A stretch of 61,873 nucleotides of DNA, the filler included. It is 12 parts of 12 records of this genome, joined end to end, with 100 filler letters (N's around TTAATTAATTAA, not from the genome) between each part and the next. Parts side by side here need not be neighbours in the genome. Positions count along the whole stretch, not along the records: positions 44,734 to 49,442 come from SRR15195285_3004; positions 49,543 to 53,971 come from SRR15195285_3007; positions 54,072 to 57,752 come from SRR15195285_3009; 9 more parts are not named here. One strand, given 5' to 3'. This document shows, in pieces, positions 44,734 through 57,400 of this stretch. Made by a program: the position numbers and the translations under genes. The stretch's first letter is position 1. Every line of letters begins with the position of its first letter. The notes beneath the pieces are model-generated. The model was not told the origin of the DNA. It ran no database searches and saw only the letters and a list, made by a program, of their open reading frames with translations.

Positions 44734-47700
44734 TCGGCCGGCCCTGCCATGGCCACCTCGACGACCTTCCTGATTGTCAGAGCCAATTGCGTACCCTCGG
44801 CCGGCCCTGCCGCCACGACCACGGGTATCACCGTCGGCACTATCTCTGTAACCTCTATCGCTGCGAAACCTGTCACTCTGTTCAGTTTTTCCGCTGCCAT
44901 CATTGTCATCTCCAGAACCACTGCCACTTCGGCTGCCACGACCATCGCGTAAGGGCTGCTGCCATCCTCTACCAGTGTCATCGTTGCTGATGCCGCTGCG
45001 GCCACTGCCCTCTTGGCCAAAACCACAGCTAGTCCGATCACCAGCACCGTGGTGACCACCGTTTCGGCCACTGCGGTGATTGCCAGCAGCTGTTTGCACG
45101 GAGTGGTCGCCCAGTCCACTGTCACTGTTGCGTTCATCACCATTGAGATCTCCAATACAACCCCAATCCGTCTGTGTGGAAATCGTGCACGCAACTCTGC
45201 TGACGTCTTGCCCGTTGCCGGCGTTGCCTACACCACTGCCACCATCATCAGCACCATCGCCACCATCGTTGTGTCCAAAGCCTCCACCCGGACCTCCACC
45301 AAGGCTGGAATTGCCTACGGCACCGGTTTTGCCACCGCCATCAGCCTTTGCATGCGTCTCCGCGGCTGCTCGCTTCGCCGCAAGCCTCCTCTCCCGCTTC
45401 GCCTCCGTAGCTACCTTCTTCTGCGCTTCTTCCTTCTCCAACCTCTCATTCTCCAGCCGCAAGCGCTCAGCCTCAGCAGCCAGCCGCTGCTCCTCGGCCA
45501 GCTTCTTTTGCAGCTCGTCATGATCCCTCTGCGCCTGCTCCACCGCAGCTGCGACCTCCTTGCCCACGAACTTCTCACGAAGACTTACAGCTTCTTCTTT
45601 CATCTGCTCGAACTTCTGCCCGATGCACTCAACTCGCCCGATCTTGTCGAATACCCACGCTCCCTCACCACCGTTCTGCCTCTCATCCCAAACCGCGACG
45701 TTGTCAAACATCCACGTCATGAATGTGCCGTATCTAACCTGCTTATCCCCAGCCCACAGAGACACTAGTTGATACATCGATGAGGTAAATGTGGCCTTGT
45801 TCTGCGTGTCGGTTGTGGTCAGACTGTATCTCGCCATGTCCTCAGCCCAGTCCTCACGAGCAGTGTCACGCTCTTCGTCCTACATGTCCGTGCATCAACA
45901 CACATTCACTAGACAGCCAGTCAGTGCCAAGTGCAGCAGAGCAGTTGAAAGACACCATCACACATGTTTGTGTGCAGTGGACTGATGACACTGGGCTTAA
46001 GATTGAGGCGTGCTGTGTCGCCTAGCAACAGACTTGTGGATCCGCTAAACACAAGAATCCATTCTGATGTATGTATGTAAAGGTGAAACTGTGCCTCGAC
46101 GTACCTCATCGTAGTCCTCCACATTAGCTGTCAATGTTTTGCTGACGCGGATGTGAAGCTTCAAATACACCGCAAAGTCCACCGCTTCTCGGTGACTGCC
46201 ATCCGGCCCTGTGCAGAGCGTCCATAGCTTATTGATGGCGATGTGCAGTTCGCTCGCTTGGTCCTCTTTGGGTAGTGTCGCGAGTCCGCTCTCATACTGC
46301 GCGCGCGTCAGCTGGTAGACTTCGCAGGGTGTCAAGCAGCGGATCGATGCCAAACGCTTCGTCCCAAGCACTAGGGCAACTTCACCAAACCCCATGCCCC
46401 ACTCCAAGACACCTACCACACCAGGCCCGGGGACGTGAACCTCGACTTTCCCGCGCCTCAGCACGTAATAGTTCGCATCACTTTCTCCTTCCGTGATGAT
46501 GTGCTGGCCTGGAAAGAACTCAAGCTTGCGCATCATTCCAGTGAGACGGTGCAGTGTAACGTCCCTAAAGTCCGGGAAGCAGCTGTTGCTCTGAGTAGCA
46601 AATCTCAGAGCATTGACAATCAGTGTTGTACACTCCGCGGCACGCCTCGCAGCGCTCTGCATCTTGCTCAGTCTCGAGCCGCTTTTCAGCGCACCGGTGC
46701 TACACTTTCCCATCACACTAGCGAGGTCCTGGAGGTGCACGTCACCGTACTCGCCCGAAGTCATCGCAAGCTGCTCATTGACCTCGTCAGCGTCGGCCAA
46801 AATGTCCACACTCTCCTCCAGCTCCGAGTTTGGGTCTGGTTCATCGTCAACAGAATGCCGCCGAGCAATCCATCCCAGGAATGCAGTGAACGGGACGCCC
46901 TCATTCGGATTGGCGTCCGTTTGAGTACGCAGTCGATCAAAGTTTTCAGTGGCGGTCATGTCGGACATTGGCTCCCCCAGCGTACTGCACGCACAGTAGA
47001 ACTCAGCATCGTCGATAGTATTGCCAACATTCTCTTCCAGCTCTGCGATATAATGACGCTTTTCGTTGAACCATATGATGAAACCCAACATCTTCTTGAA
47101 CTCTTCCAGGCACACCAAGCCGCCGCCGTCCTCGTCAGCTGCCTCGAACGCCCGCTCTGTGTCCTTCGAGTTCATGTCCGGCCACAAGTGGCTTACAGCG
47201 CTCACCACCTCGCCGAGGTTCAACTCTCCGCTGCCATCGACATCGATCTCAGCAAACAGAGCCTCGCGCTCCTCTCGCGTTGGTTTCGCAATTGCCTTTG
47301 ACTTGAAAGTGGGCTTTCTGAGGTAGTACTTTCCCGTTTGCAAGTACCTAGTTCAACCGAATCGCATTGCATTCAGATCCCGAATGGCGCATCGAAGTGC
47401 GGATATGTTTGAGAACAAACGCAACAGAATCAAACACAAAGGCTTGTGTTACCATGAGATAAACTCTGTGCACGAGATCTTTCCATCGCTCGCTCCTTGC
47501 TCAGCTGCTGGCTGTATCCGGGGTGAAGCAGTGGGCGAAGACAACGGGGCCCGATGAAAATACGCTGCCTCCATCTCCTGTATCATCTTCTTGATGAAAC
47601 CTTTCTCCGCCTTGATCTGCTCACGAAACCCGATTTTCTCCGCCAGCTGCTTCACCTCTTTCTCATCCAGAAAACCGGAACCGTCGCCGTCGATCTCGGC

Positions 47701-48696
47701 AAATACCTCGTGACATCTCCCAACGTCGTTCACGCTGTGACCCGAACCAGACACAACATCCGCGAACACTCAGCCGCCGGCGGGGATAAAGGCCGGAAAG
47801 AACGCTCAAATCATCGGCGAGACCCGCAAAGCGCACCGTTCTTGCCCGAACTGCTTGAGCTTGTCCAAAAGCTCCCCTGCCTCAATCGTTCCGCTCCCAT
47901 CTATATCCAGCTCTGACATGACTTCCGTAATCTCCAACTCTGTAAGCGTTTGTCCCATATTTTCCATAGCCGTCTGAAACTCCACGACATCGAGGTCCCC
48001 TGAGCCGTCAGCATCGACGTGTGCAAACACCCGCGTAACGCTCACATTCGTCCGGGCCGTGAAGTCAAGCACGTCTCCAAGTACTTGCGCTGCGAAGCTC
48101 CTCCTACCTCGTCTGTAATCGTCAAGCCTGGACGTCAGCTCCACCAGCTCCAGATCGCCCCCACCATCCTCGTCAAGTTCGCTGAGCACCTCCGCAGCAG
48201 ATTCCTGCGTAATTTCGATTCCTAACGAGACGAGGGCTTCGTGAAACTCCTCGCGGTCGAGGCTGCCGCCGCCATCTGTGTCCTGCCGTGAGAAGATGGC
48301 CGCGGCTGTTTCGTTGTGTGCGTTTAAATGTTGGCAGATGTGGCAGAGAACGTGCTTAGCGCCCGACGTACAGTCGTCGTGAAACTCCTGCAACCGCGGC
48401 ACGAATTCTTCCGGAGTGATCCCGCCGCCGCAATCAGCATCGAGCGCATCCATCATCGCGGTGATATCCTCGTCCGTGAGCGCAAAGCCAAGCGCGAGCA
48501 TCCCCTGTCGCAACTCAGCGATATCAACCACCCCGCTGCCGTCCCCATCGATGCTGTCGAACAGTTCTGCCAGGGTGAGCTTCAGACGTGTTGCGGTGCG
48601 GATGAGCTTTCCCACAGCGACCGTCGCCAGCCGCTTCTGTTTCGCGGCTGCCTGGGCGGACGGCGCCGGGAAAGCCCCGGTGGTTCCGGACGCCAT
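44734..48696 (-). CDS. Multi-exon protein with at least 9 EF-hands, a cyclic-nucleotide-binding domain, a coiled coil and a Gly-rich tail; 3'-truncated
   Basis: ORFs 47806-48786, 47449-47769, 46045-47343 and 44686-45837 lie in series on one strand with short intron-like gaps. EF loops include DGDGSGVVDIAE, DTDGGGSLDREE, DADGSGDLDVVE, DVDGSGELNLGE. cNMP: IITEGE..YYVLRRGKVEV..FGEVALVLGTKRLASIRC. Confidence 0.8.
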
Positions 48697-49442
48697 CACG
48701 CTCCGCTCTGTAGTACTGCAGAATCTCCGGCAACCCGCCAAACCCGGCTGGGAGGGAGTTCCTGTTAGCTGGAGAACGATCCGCACTTCACAGTTGTCGT
48801 CACGGGCGCATCACCTCCAGCCTGGCATGCTGAAGCGTCTCCATCGCATAGAGTCCAGGGAGCAGAGTCAGAGTCTACCATACTGGTAGGACATGATGTA
48901 CATTCAACTGCAGTGTGCACACTCTGTCGACGGATCAGCGTCTGCAACAGCGGTGGCTGCAACGGTGTGTGCTACACTCCGACAAGCTCAAGCTGGGTCA
49001 ATAGCGGTGGCAGGCAGATGCACCCCTGCGACGTCGCTGTCACCGCTGCCGTTTGTGGCCGTGGTCGACGGCGTCGCCACAGTCAGTCGTCGCTGTCGCC
49101 ACCAGGACGGCGGACGGACGCCGCGTGAAGCCTATGCAGTGGTGAAGCCTACCTTATACACAATACAGTACGGCTAGTCCTGAGCTCCTGACATGCAATC
49201 GACTGGCTAGCAACAAGTAATTCGACTAACACATCATGCATTCGTTCGCCGTCGCTGGAGGCGCTGGACGTTTGAACGTGATGGTCCGCGCGCGCGAGCA
49301 GGCAGGTGCGCAGTGGCGCGTGTGGATGGGCACTGACGCGCGTTCCTGGGCAAATATTATACGTTCTACCGGTATCAACCAAATTCTGCATATTGCATTC
49401 CGCATTCTCTATCTCTACAATACTGTCAATCGACAATAGTGC

Positions 49443-49542
49443 NNNNNNNNNNNNNNNNNNNNNNNNNNNNNNNNNNNNNNNNNNNNTTAATTAATTAANN
49501 NNNNNNNNNNNNNNNNNNNNNNNNNNNNNNNNNNNNNNNNNN
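49443..49542. other. Artificial contig spacer 9
   Basis: N44-TTAATTAATTAA-N44. Confidence 0.98.
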
Positions 49543-49590
49543 GCCCATCCTTGACGGAACCGCGCCGTTGAGAACCGCGGATCACACTAG

Positions 49591-50452
49591 GAACACGGTG
49601 CAGCGGCGCACAGTCTCCGCCATACACCGTTGAAGTGGCGGGATGTCGTCGCCAGCGCCGACTGGGCGCTCGTCGAGTATGTCGCGGGTGAGCGTGGGCG
49701 GGACGAGACGAAAGAAGAAGATGCAGTGAGTCAGCTGGTCGTCATGAAATGGCTGAGGGCTGTGACGTCTCTGTGTGTGTGTGTGGTGATGGTGGCGCTC
49801 GTGCTGATGCAGCCGCGTCTCTCTCTCTGTGTCTGTGTGGGCGTGGGTGGGGGGTTGCCTCTGTCTCGTTCCGTGTGTCTGTCTGCATGCGTGTGTGCGT
49901 GTGTGCCTGCCGCTCTCTCTACGCTCAACCCAGTTGATGCAGTGAGTCAACCGGCTGTGGCGTCTCTCTGTCTCTGTGGGGAGTGCCTCTGTCTCTTTCT
50001 GTTTGCCTGTGTGTCTCTCTGTCTCTCTGTGTGCGTATGCCTGCCGCTCTCTCTACGCTCACCCCACTTTGGGCCACCAGTGGGGTGAGGCTGCGCTCGC
50101 CGCAGACTTCTATGAGCTCAAGCTTGGCTCCCCGCTTGGTCTGGCTTGCAGGACCGTGAAGTCGATGGGTGAGCTCAACGTCGAGGGGTCCACCAACGCG
50201 TGGAAGGAGACCGGCAACGGGCGGCCCCAGTCGGACGTCACCAACCCAGCGCTCGCGGTCGCAAGGCCCGTGCTCGGTAAGACGCGGCTCGGCGCGGTGA
50301 CGGAGGCCACGTCAATGGTGCATGCGCCGAGCCCGGAGTTCCTGCAGAAGAACGTCTGGCACAACAACACGAACGACGGGATCCTCTCCACCGTCCAAGC
50401 GGGCGCGCGCATGGATTTCAGGCGGAGAAAGAGCGATGTCACGCGCTGCTGA
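49591..50452 (+). CDS. 3' exons of a hypothetical protein (exons ~49591-49725 and 50081-50452)
   Basis: GCA|GTGAGT donor and CCACCAG|TGG acceptor give in-frame ..TKEEDA-WGEAALAADFYELKLG..; the intron is rich in (GT)/(CT) microsatellite. Confidence 0.5.
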
Positions 50453-50632
50453 ACCGCTCGGGAAAGCGGCCGGGGCTGAGCCCAGGGCTGAGCCAAACGG
50501 TGCGGACACACGAAGGCATCTCGACCTTCAAACGCAACTGATGTAGGGCTATAAACCGTCACTTCTGTGCATTCCGATGGCACGGCGCTCAGTTGGTGGT
50601 GCCCAGCCAGGTCCACCCTCCTCCTCAAACGC

Positions 50633-53600
50633 TCACTCCCGCCAGTCTGGGCTAGGCACATGCATCAGCCCGCTCAGACCGGTACCAGTGCTATTCAGGG
50701 TCGTCGGTGCGCCCGCCGTGGCTGCGTCCGCTGCCTGCAGTCGCTCGAGCTCCTGCCTTCGTTTTTCCGAGTGCGAGAGCGCCAGTGTGGAACCTGAGGC
50801 GCCGCCAATACCGTCTGCACTCCGCCGAGCTGTTCGTCCGTGTAAGCGAGCATGGGACCTTCTCTGCAGGTGGCGCTTCTTCATCTCGCTCTTGCTCGGC
50901 AGTTCAGAGATCTTGGGGTCCGCGTTTCGAATCTCCGTGCGAATTTGGTCGCTGAGCATACCTTCTAAAACCTGGGTATGGTCAGGGACGTAAGTGTCCC
51001 GAAGCATTTTGTAGGATTGCTTTCGGTTCTTTTGCCTCCGTCGCAGCCGGTGCTGGTGGATCACCATCTCATCGCTGCGGCAGCGACCAGCACACAAAAG
51101 CAGAGCGTGAGGCACGGGGCACCGGAAACAGAGCACAGAGTGTGGCGTGCATGGAAATAGAGTCAGTCCACGCTGTTGTCAGCTCCGCCACACCTAACTC
51201 GCACGCAACACGGTTCGACGCAACGAGAGCACACCTTGCACTGATGTCAAAAGTATCCCAACGCTGTGTAATGTTCAGTCGCGGGAGCACCCCGTGCGCA
51301 GCAGCATTGTCATGAAGCCCAGAGCGTGGTGACCCCTTATCTCCACTCGCATCGTTTCCCTCATCCTCATCGTCTTGCCAATCGTCGACATTGTACTCCT
51401 TCGACCCTAATTCTGGCATCGATTGAGAATTTTCCACCGCCCTGCTTTGGCTCCTGTGTTCTTCAGCTTTCCGAAACGCGCCTGTATGCGGCACTGCTGC
51501 CATTTGCCTCTCACTAAAACTATCTCTTCCTAGGCTATGGACACTCGTGTCCTGCGCACCCTCCGCCTTCCTCTCCTTGCGCGCGGCTGACTTGGCAGCT
51601 AGCTCGGCTCTGCAGCGATGATGTGACAGCACACCATTTACGCCACATGCACAGCAGTGAGCAAGCATGAGCGGCAACAATTACAACAGTATCACGGCAG
51701 GATTGCTAGCAGCAGTAGAAACTGTGGCATTCCTGCACCTTTTCGCTCGCGCAGCCTCCTTTTCTTTCGCTCGTTTCGTCTTTGACGGCGATGATTTCAC
51801 TGTATCGCCCCAGTCGAGCACAGCCCCCATTCCACTAGAGATATCAGCAGACCCTCGCCCTCCTCCAGACCGTTTCTGTTTCCCTCCTTTGCTGCCAGAC
51901 CCCCCAACCTTTGTCGTGATCTTCCCGGTGTGTGCCAGCCAGTGCGTACGGCGCTCGTCAATGTACTGTAGCGACTCGTCGACTACCTCGCGCAGATCTG
52001 TCTCCAGGATATTCTGCTCCATCATCAAATTGGCAAGGAACCGCTCATCTTCCCCGAAAGTTCCAAACGACGCGGTACCCTCGGCTTCAAGAGCACTCGC
52101 CGGTTTGAGCTTTCTCCGACCGCTCTTGTGCATGCCCTCCTTAGGTGCAGCCAGTTTGACCTCCTGCATCATCCCACCATGCGGCAACGCCTTCGCAGCT
52201 TGGGCTTCCGCGTCCTTCTGCCGGTGATCGTCATATAGCGCACCAATCTTGATGGACGGCCGTTTCTTTGGAGCTTCGTCAACCGGTTTCGCAAGCTCAC
52301 CCTTGCGAGTGTCTTGCGGACCAAGCATATAGTGACAGCCATTCCACCTCGTTATACTCCGTCCGGTTTTTGCACGGTGCCGCTCGCCATCCGCAAGCAT
52401 GTGTGACATGGTGGTCTCGATGGCACCTAGGCAACGTGGGTCACCGCGCGACTCCATATCGAACACCTCGATTTTGATGTAAACATCCTCTTTGACCAGG
52501 TGGGCCACATGATGCGGCGGCAGGTGAACGTCTTCAAATCGCGGCCTGTCCGTATTTCGCACCACTTGCGAACGGTACATGGGCTCGAACGCGCCTTCAA
52601 CATACCGCAGGATCTGGAAGTACGGACAGATATGATTGTCGACGCCCGTGGAGATACCTGCAAGGTTGGCTTGCACTTTAAGTTGGAGGCTACCAACTGT
52701 CGACGATTCCTGCGGTACCTTGAGTAATCGCACCTGCGCAGCCACCAGCGAATAAATGAAGCTGAGATAAAGAAACGCAACCCTAAGTAGGCAGTTCGGA
52801 GTGAGAGTCAGGAAGGCCGCGTGGGATTCTAGCTGTGCGTTGCCGAGTCCCACGACGCAGTCGTAGCAGTTACGGTCGCAGTTAAACGAAGAGCGTGCTT
52901 AGAGCCACGTACCGTCATAGTGCCACCTGTCTCCATATCATTGGTGGTCCGGAAAACGGGCGTGCGGTACACAGATCGCAGCGAGAAGACCATTTCGCCC
53001 TGCTTCACGTGGATCGCGAGGTCTGACATCTGGCTCTTCCGCTGGTAGAGTTCGATCTTGACCCACTGTGTGAACTCGCTGCTGTAGTCGTCGTCGTGGT
53101 CCACGAAGTCGAGCAGAAAGGAACTCGCAAACCTGGGCGAATTCTCGCGCAGTGTCTCCGTGCGCCCGTGCTCCGCCCACCACTCTTTGTGTGGATTCCA
53201 CGTGCGCAGCACGGCGAAGACGGACATGTTGCCGCCCGTTTCTTCCATGGTGGCCAAGCTGGCGCAGGCGACTGTGAGCTCGACAGGCATCTTCTTGAGC
53301 ATGAAGGTCTGGCCTGGGCGCGAGCGCGAGTCCACTTGGGTCAGCTTGTGCATCTCCAGCTGCTTGACGAGCCTCGGGTCGATCGCCGGCACGGTGCTCG
53401 AGCCCTCGACCGGCCCGTTCATCGCGTCGGGCCGGGTCAGGCGGCGCCGAATGGCGATGCCAGCATCGCTGCCCCACCAGTTGTAGAACTCGTCGTACTC
53501 CACGGTGCCATTGCCGTCGCCATCCATGGCCCGCACCGCGGCGGCCAGCTCCTCCTCGGTCAGCCGCACGCCGAGCTTCTTGCACATCGACGCGATCTCG

Positions 53601-53779
53601 CCGTGATCCACAGTCCCTCCCCCGTCGGCGTCGGCAGCTTGGAACACAGCCCACACCTCGCCGGAGCGCCTGCCCCCGGGCCGCTGCATCATGGCCTCCA
53701 GCTTCGTCTGCTTGCCCTTCGCCGCAGCTGAGGAGCTGCCTAAGGGCTGTGCTTCCGCATCTCCGCTGCCCTCCGGCAT
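50633..53779 (-). CDS. Multi-exon protein with an EF-hand pair, two copine-like C2 domains and a long basic low-complexity tail
   Basis: EF loops DADGGGTVDHGE and DGDGNGTVEYDE. C2A: VELTVACASL..EHGRTETLRENSPRFASSFLLDF..KIELY. C2B: PYFQILR..MYRSQVVRNTDRPRF..IKIEVFD..LGAIETT. ORFs 52829-53785, 51681-52853, 51069-51680 and 50633-51136 in series. Confidence 0.7.
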
Positions 53780-53971
53780 GACCACGACTCACGGTTCACG
53801 CCCGCATCCTCAAATGCGTGAGATGAAAGGTCTCACCACTCACATACTATGATAACACTATAGACGATCTCTGCTGTCGTTCACTGGCAGCAACAGCAGC
53901 AACAGCAGCCACTAGCAACCAGCAGTCCAGTCGCTCCGTCGCTTCCGTCTCTGCGGCGTCAAACCACAGTG

Positions 53972-54071
53972 NNNNNNNNNNNNNNNNNNNNNNNNNNNNN
54001 NNNNNNNNNNNNNNNTTAATTAATTAANNNNNNNNNNNNNNNNNNNNNNNNNNNNNNNNNNNNNNNNNNNN
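53972..54071. other. Artificial contig spacer 10
   Basis: N44-TTAATTAATTAA-N44. Confidence 0.98.
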
Positions 54072-54447
54072 GAGCGCGGTTGGGACGGCAGGCAGTGTTG
54101 GGTGTTGGTGTGGGCTGCAGAGGAGCAGACAGCGATACGCAATACGTCAGGTGCTAGTCTTGCAGGCAGGAAGCGATCTGGACGTGTTTCTGAATGCCGT
54201 GGCGTGGTAGCAGCTGGGTGGGGACGAGAAGGACAGAATGGAGGAGTTTCAAGAACGTGCTTTGACCAACTAAGTACGAAATGTAACGGAACGCGTTCAC
54301 GTATTTGCATATCTAGCTGAGTACAACACCATGCTAGCTACCTTACTACAGGTAGCTGTCGGATGTCGCTCCCTGGTAGCCGCCCTGTGCCTGCACCGTC
54401 GCCTGGCATTAACCAACCATCTCTGTAGCACAGGTTGCGCACTGTCA

Positions 54448-57400
54448 TCATGTCGGCTCTAGTGCTTCAAAAGCCTGGGCCAGGGCAGGGTCAGGGGCTG
54501 GGTGTCTGATAGCTAGCACCAAGGGCCTTGGCGCTGCCTTGATCATACCTACTGCCTGTTGAAACGGAAGTCCGATCACCGACGCTCCGTTGACCGCGAG
54601 GACAACGGAGTTGGGCACGACACCTGGGTCTCTAGCAGCAGGCCCCCCTGCTACGCACCCTACGATCGTCAACGGCCCTCTGGCGTCACGACCCCGGCTC
54701 TCGAAGTTGATCCCAATCGGGCCCTCCTCGCGGAACTCAACCATCATTTCGGGCATTTCACGCTCCTTCACGCTTGGGTTTGGAGCCGTAGATTTTGGCG
54801 GTAGCCCGAGGCCAGCGGTGGCGCCCCCACCAGCTGCTTGATGGTGCTGCAGCGATTCGATTGAGCTGATAACGACCTGACCAACCTGGCTCGTGGCTTC
54901 CACGAGTTCCTCTGTCTTTGCGCTTGCTAGACGACTCAACTCTCCAAGCGACTCACGCCAGTTCAGGGTGCCAGCAGTTGCGGCGGGAGCAGCCACTTTA
55001 ACAGTCCGTTTTTCACGCGGCGGAGTAAAGATGAGCTCCGTCTGCTGGTTGCTTGACAGTAGTTCGTTCGACAGGCTTAACGCCCGCGCAAATCGTTCAG
55101 TACTTGGCCAATCAGATACTAGTTGCGACTGTACGGCATATAGAGACCAGCCGAGACGCAGTCTACTTGCTGCACTGACAGTGTTCTCTACAATCTCTGC
55201 CACCTCCAGAACCACGTTCTCGCGTTCCTGATGCTGCTTTAGTCCTTCGGTCCCAGCAACAGCGAAAGCAGCAGTGGCGCTATAGTCAACGGGCTTGATC
55301 CTGACGCCGACTGGTCCAGAACCAGGCGGGATTCGTAAACGGATTCCTTTGACCCTCTGAATAGCATCTTCAGAAAGTGAGGGTGGCACCAGCGTCGATA
55401 GCGGCGGTATTGCCTCCGGTGGCCGCTCGCACGCCCACCGCTGCATCACTGTCACATCATTGCCTGAAGTCATTGCGATGAGCAGCTGTCGCATGCCGTG
55501 GCTGGTTACTTCCAGCAGTGAATCAAACTGCTCAAAGTCCGCACGTACACTCACCCACACCCGTCCGAAGCGCAACACTCCGGCACAGACAAGCTCCTCG
55601 TAGCCACACCAGCTCTTCTCGTCGTCCTGGCCCCGCTGCTCGTCGTCAGACTTTAATCGCAACGCATTGGCCAACAGTATGTTAGGCGGTGCATCGGAAG
55701 GGGAGGGTCGCCTGTCGTCACCCGCTGCCATCATGTCCTCCCCAAAGCTATCGAGCCCAAGCAACTTTCCAAGCGTGTCGACAATGTGTATCACTGTCAA
55801 CGCCACTGGCAAGCGAGACCGTTCATCCATACATGTGAGCGACGGCGGTGAAGAGTGCTCCGTTGCTGCGACCTCCAGAGCCTCGGCACCAAGTCCTACG
55901 CGTACCCCAGGCTCTACCTCTGCTTCCGGCTCCGGCTCCGGCTCTGAATCCTTTGGCCGTGGTGGCAGACCAAGCATCTCACGAAACTCAGTTTGGTAAC
56001 GATGCGCAAGGTAGACCATGCACTGGAGCGAAAGCAGCCCCCCCGCACGAAAGTCCGTGGCAGGCTCCTCGTTTTGAAAACCAAGCTGAGTCCACGAGCC
56101 AGTGCACCTATTATCACGCCTGGACTTTTTGGGTGTGGATTTTGGTCGGTTGCTAACGCGTAGCATAGCTGCGACAGGATCGTCTTCATCGTCTTCCAAC
56201 TCGTCAGCATCGGCATCGCGAGGTGGGTCGCCCTGGAGGTCGGCACTTTTCCACAACTCACAAAGGAGTGCCCAGTGCTCATCATTGGAAACATCCACCT
56301 CACTTGCTTGTCGCGAGCGTAAGTTGCGAGCTGTTGCTTGTATCGCTGGCGTGAGCGAGCTTAGCACCCCGCTACCGATCATGGCGCCCTCATGGACGAA
56401 GTCGCTGTGAATTTCTTCCGGTTGCAGGTGGTACAAGTTACGCTCCTGTGCAAACCGAATCAACTGCTCCGGGTGCACGGCGAGAGCGACGCACCTACCA
56501 GCTGCATCTCCCGCCCAGTCCGTAATTTTGTGCGCCAGTGCCCGCTGGTGCTGTCGTAGCTCATGTACGTCCATCGTATCGAGCGCGAATGGCTGCGGCC
56601 GCTTGCTGTTGGGAAGGAGATCGGAGGTCCACTTGAGCAGGCCCGCGAGCGACGCGGGCTCCTGCTGAGACGGCACTGGCTCGGGCGGCGCAAAAATTAG
56701 CGTGAGTGGGCGAGCACTGGTACGAATGGTGTCGAGTACATCGTGGAAGCCCAGTCCATCCTTTCCATCGCCACGCACAGCCTGCTCCTGCACCTTCTGC
56801 AGCACGAGGCCCTTGCGTAGCTCCGCGCGACTCGCGGCTGCAGACCCCGCTGCGATGTCTTCGATGGTAATCAGCGGCCCATTTTTGGAGTCCTCCCTAA
56901 GCACGAGCCCGAGCGGCCCATCTTCGGCAAAATCGACGACGATGGTGCCGTCCTTCTGTCCACGGCTGGGATCGGCAAACATCTTGGACACGCTATCGCT
57001 GCGCTGCATGAGTTCGCCGCGCTCCATGGGCGCGGCTTGCGCCGAGCTGTCTCCCGGCTGCAGCAGCATCTTGCGCACACTCTGCGTCTGATCTTTCAGC
57101 TGTTCGCGTGTTACAGCTGGGGCGGCTGCAGGCGTCGCCGGGGTCGGCGGCGGCACGGAGGATGCCGCTGGCTCGCCGTCTTTGCCCGGGCGGGGAGAGC
57201 GGTCGAGGTCGCTGTCCTGCGCAGCGGTCATCACGACGCTCTCAGTTCGCATGGCCATCTGCGCGCGGCTCAGCGGCTGTCGCTCGTCTGGTGTGGCGGC
57301 CGCAGCCTGCGGAGCCGGCTGCTCTGTCTGCACGGCTGCTGCGCTCGGCATCGACAGCGGCTCAGCTGCTATTGTGCCATCAGCTGGTTGGAACTCAGCC

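Noticed and set aside
49630-50088. 152-aa hydrophobic Cys/Val/Leu-rich membrane protein
   Set aside because: Mostly read-through of a (GT)/(CT) microsatellite intron
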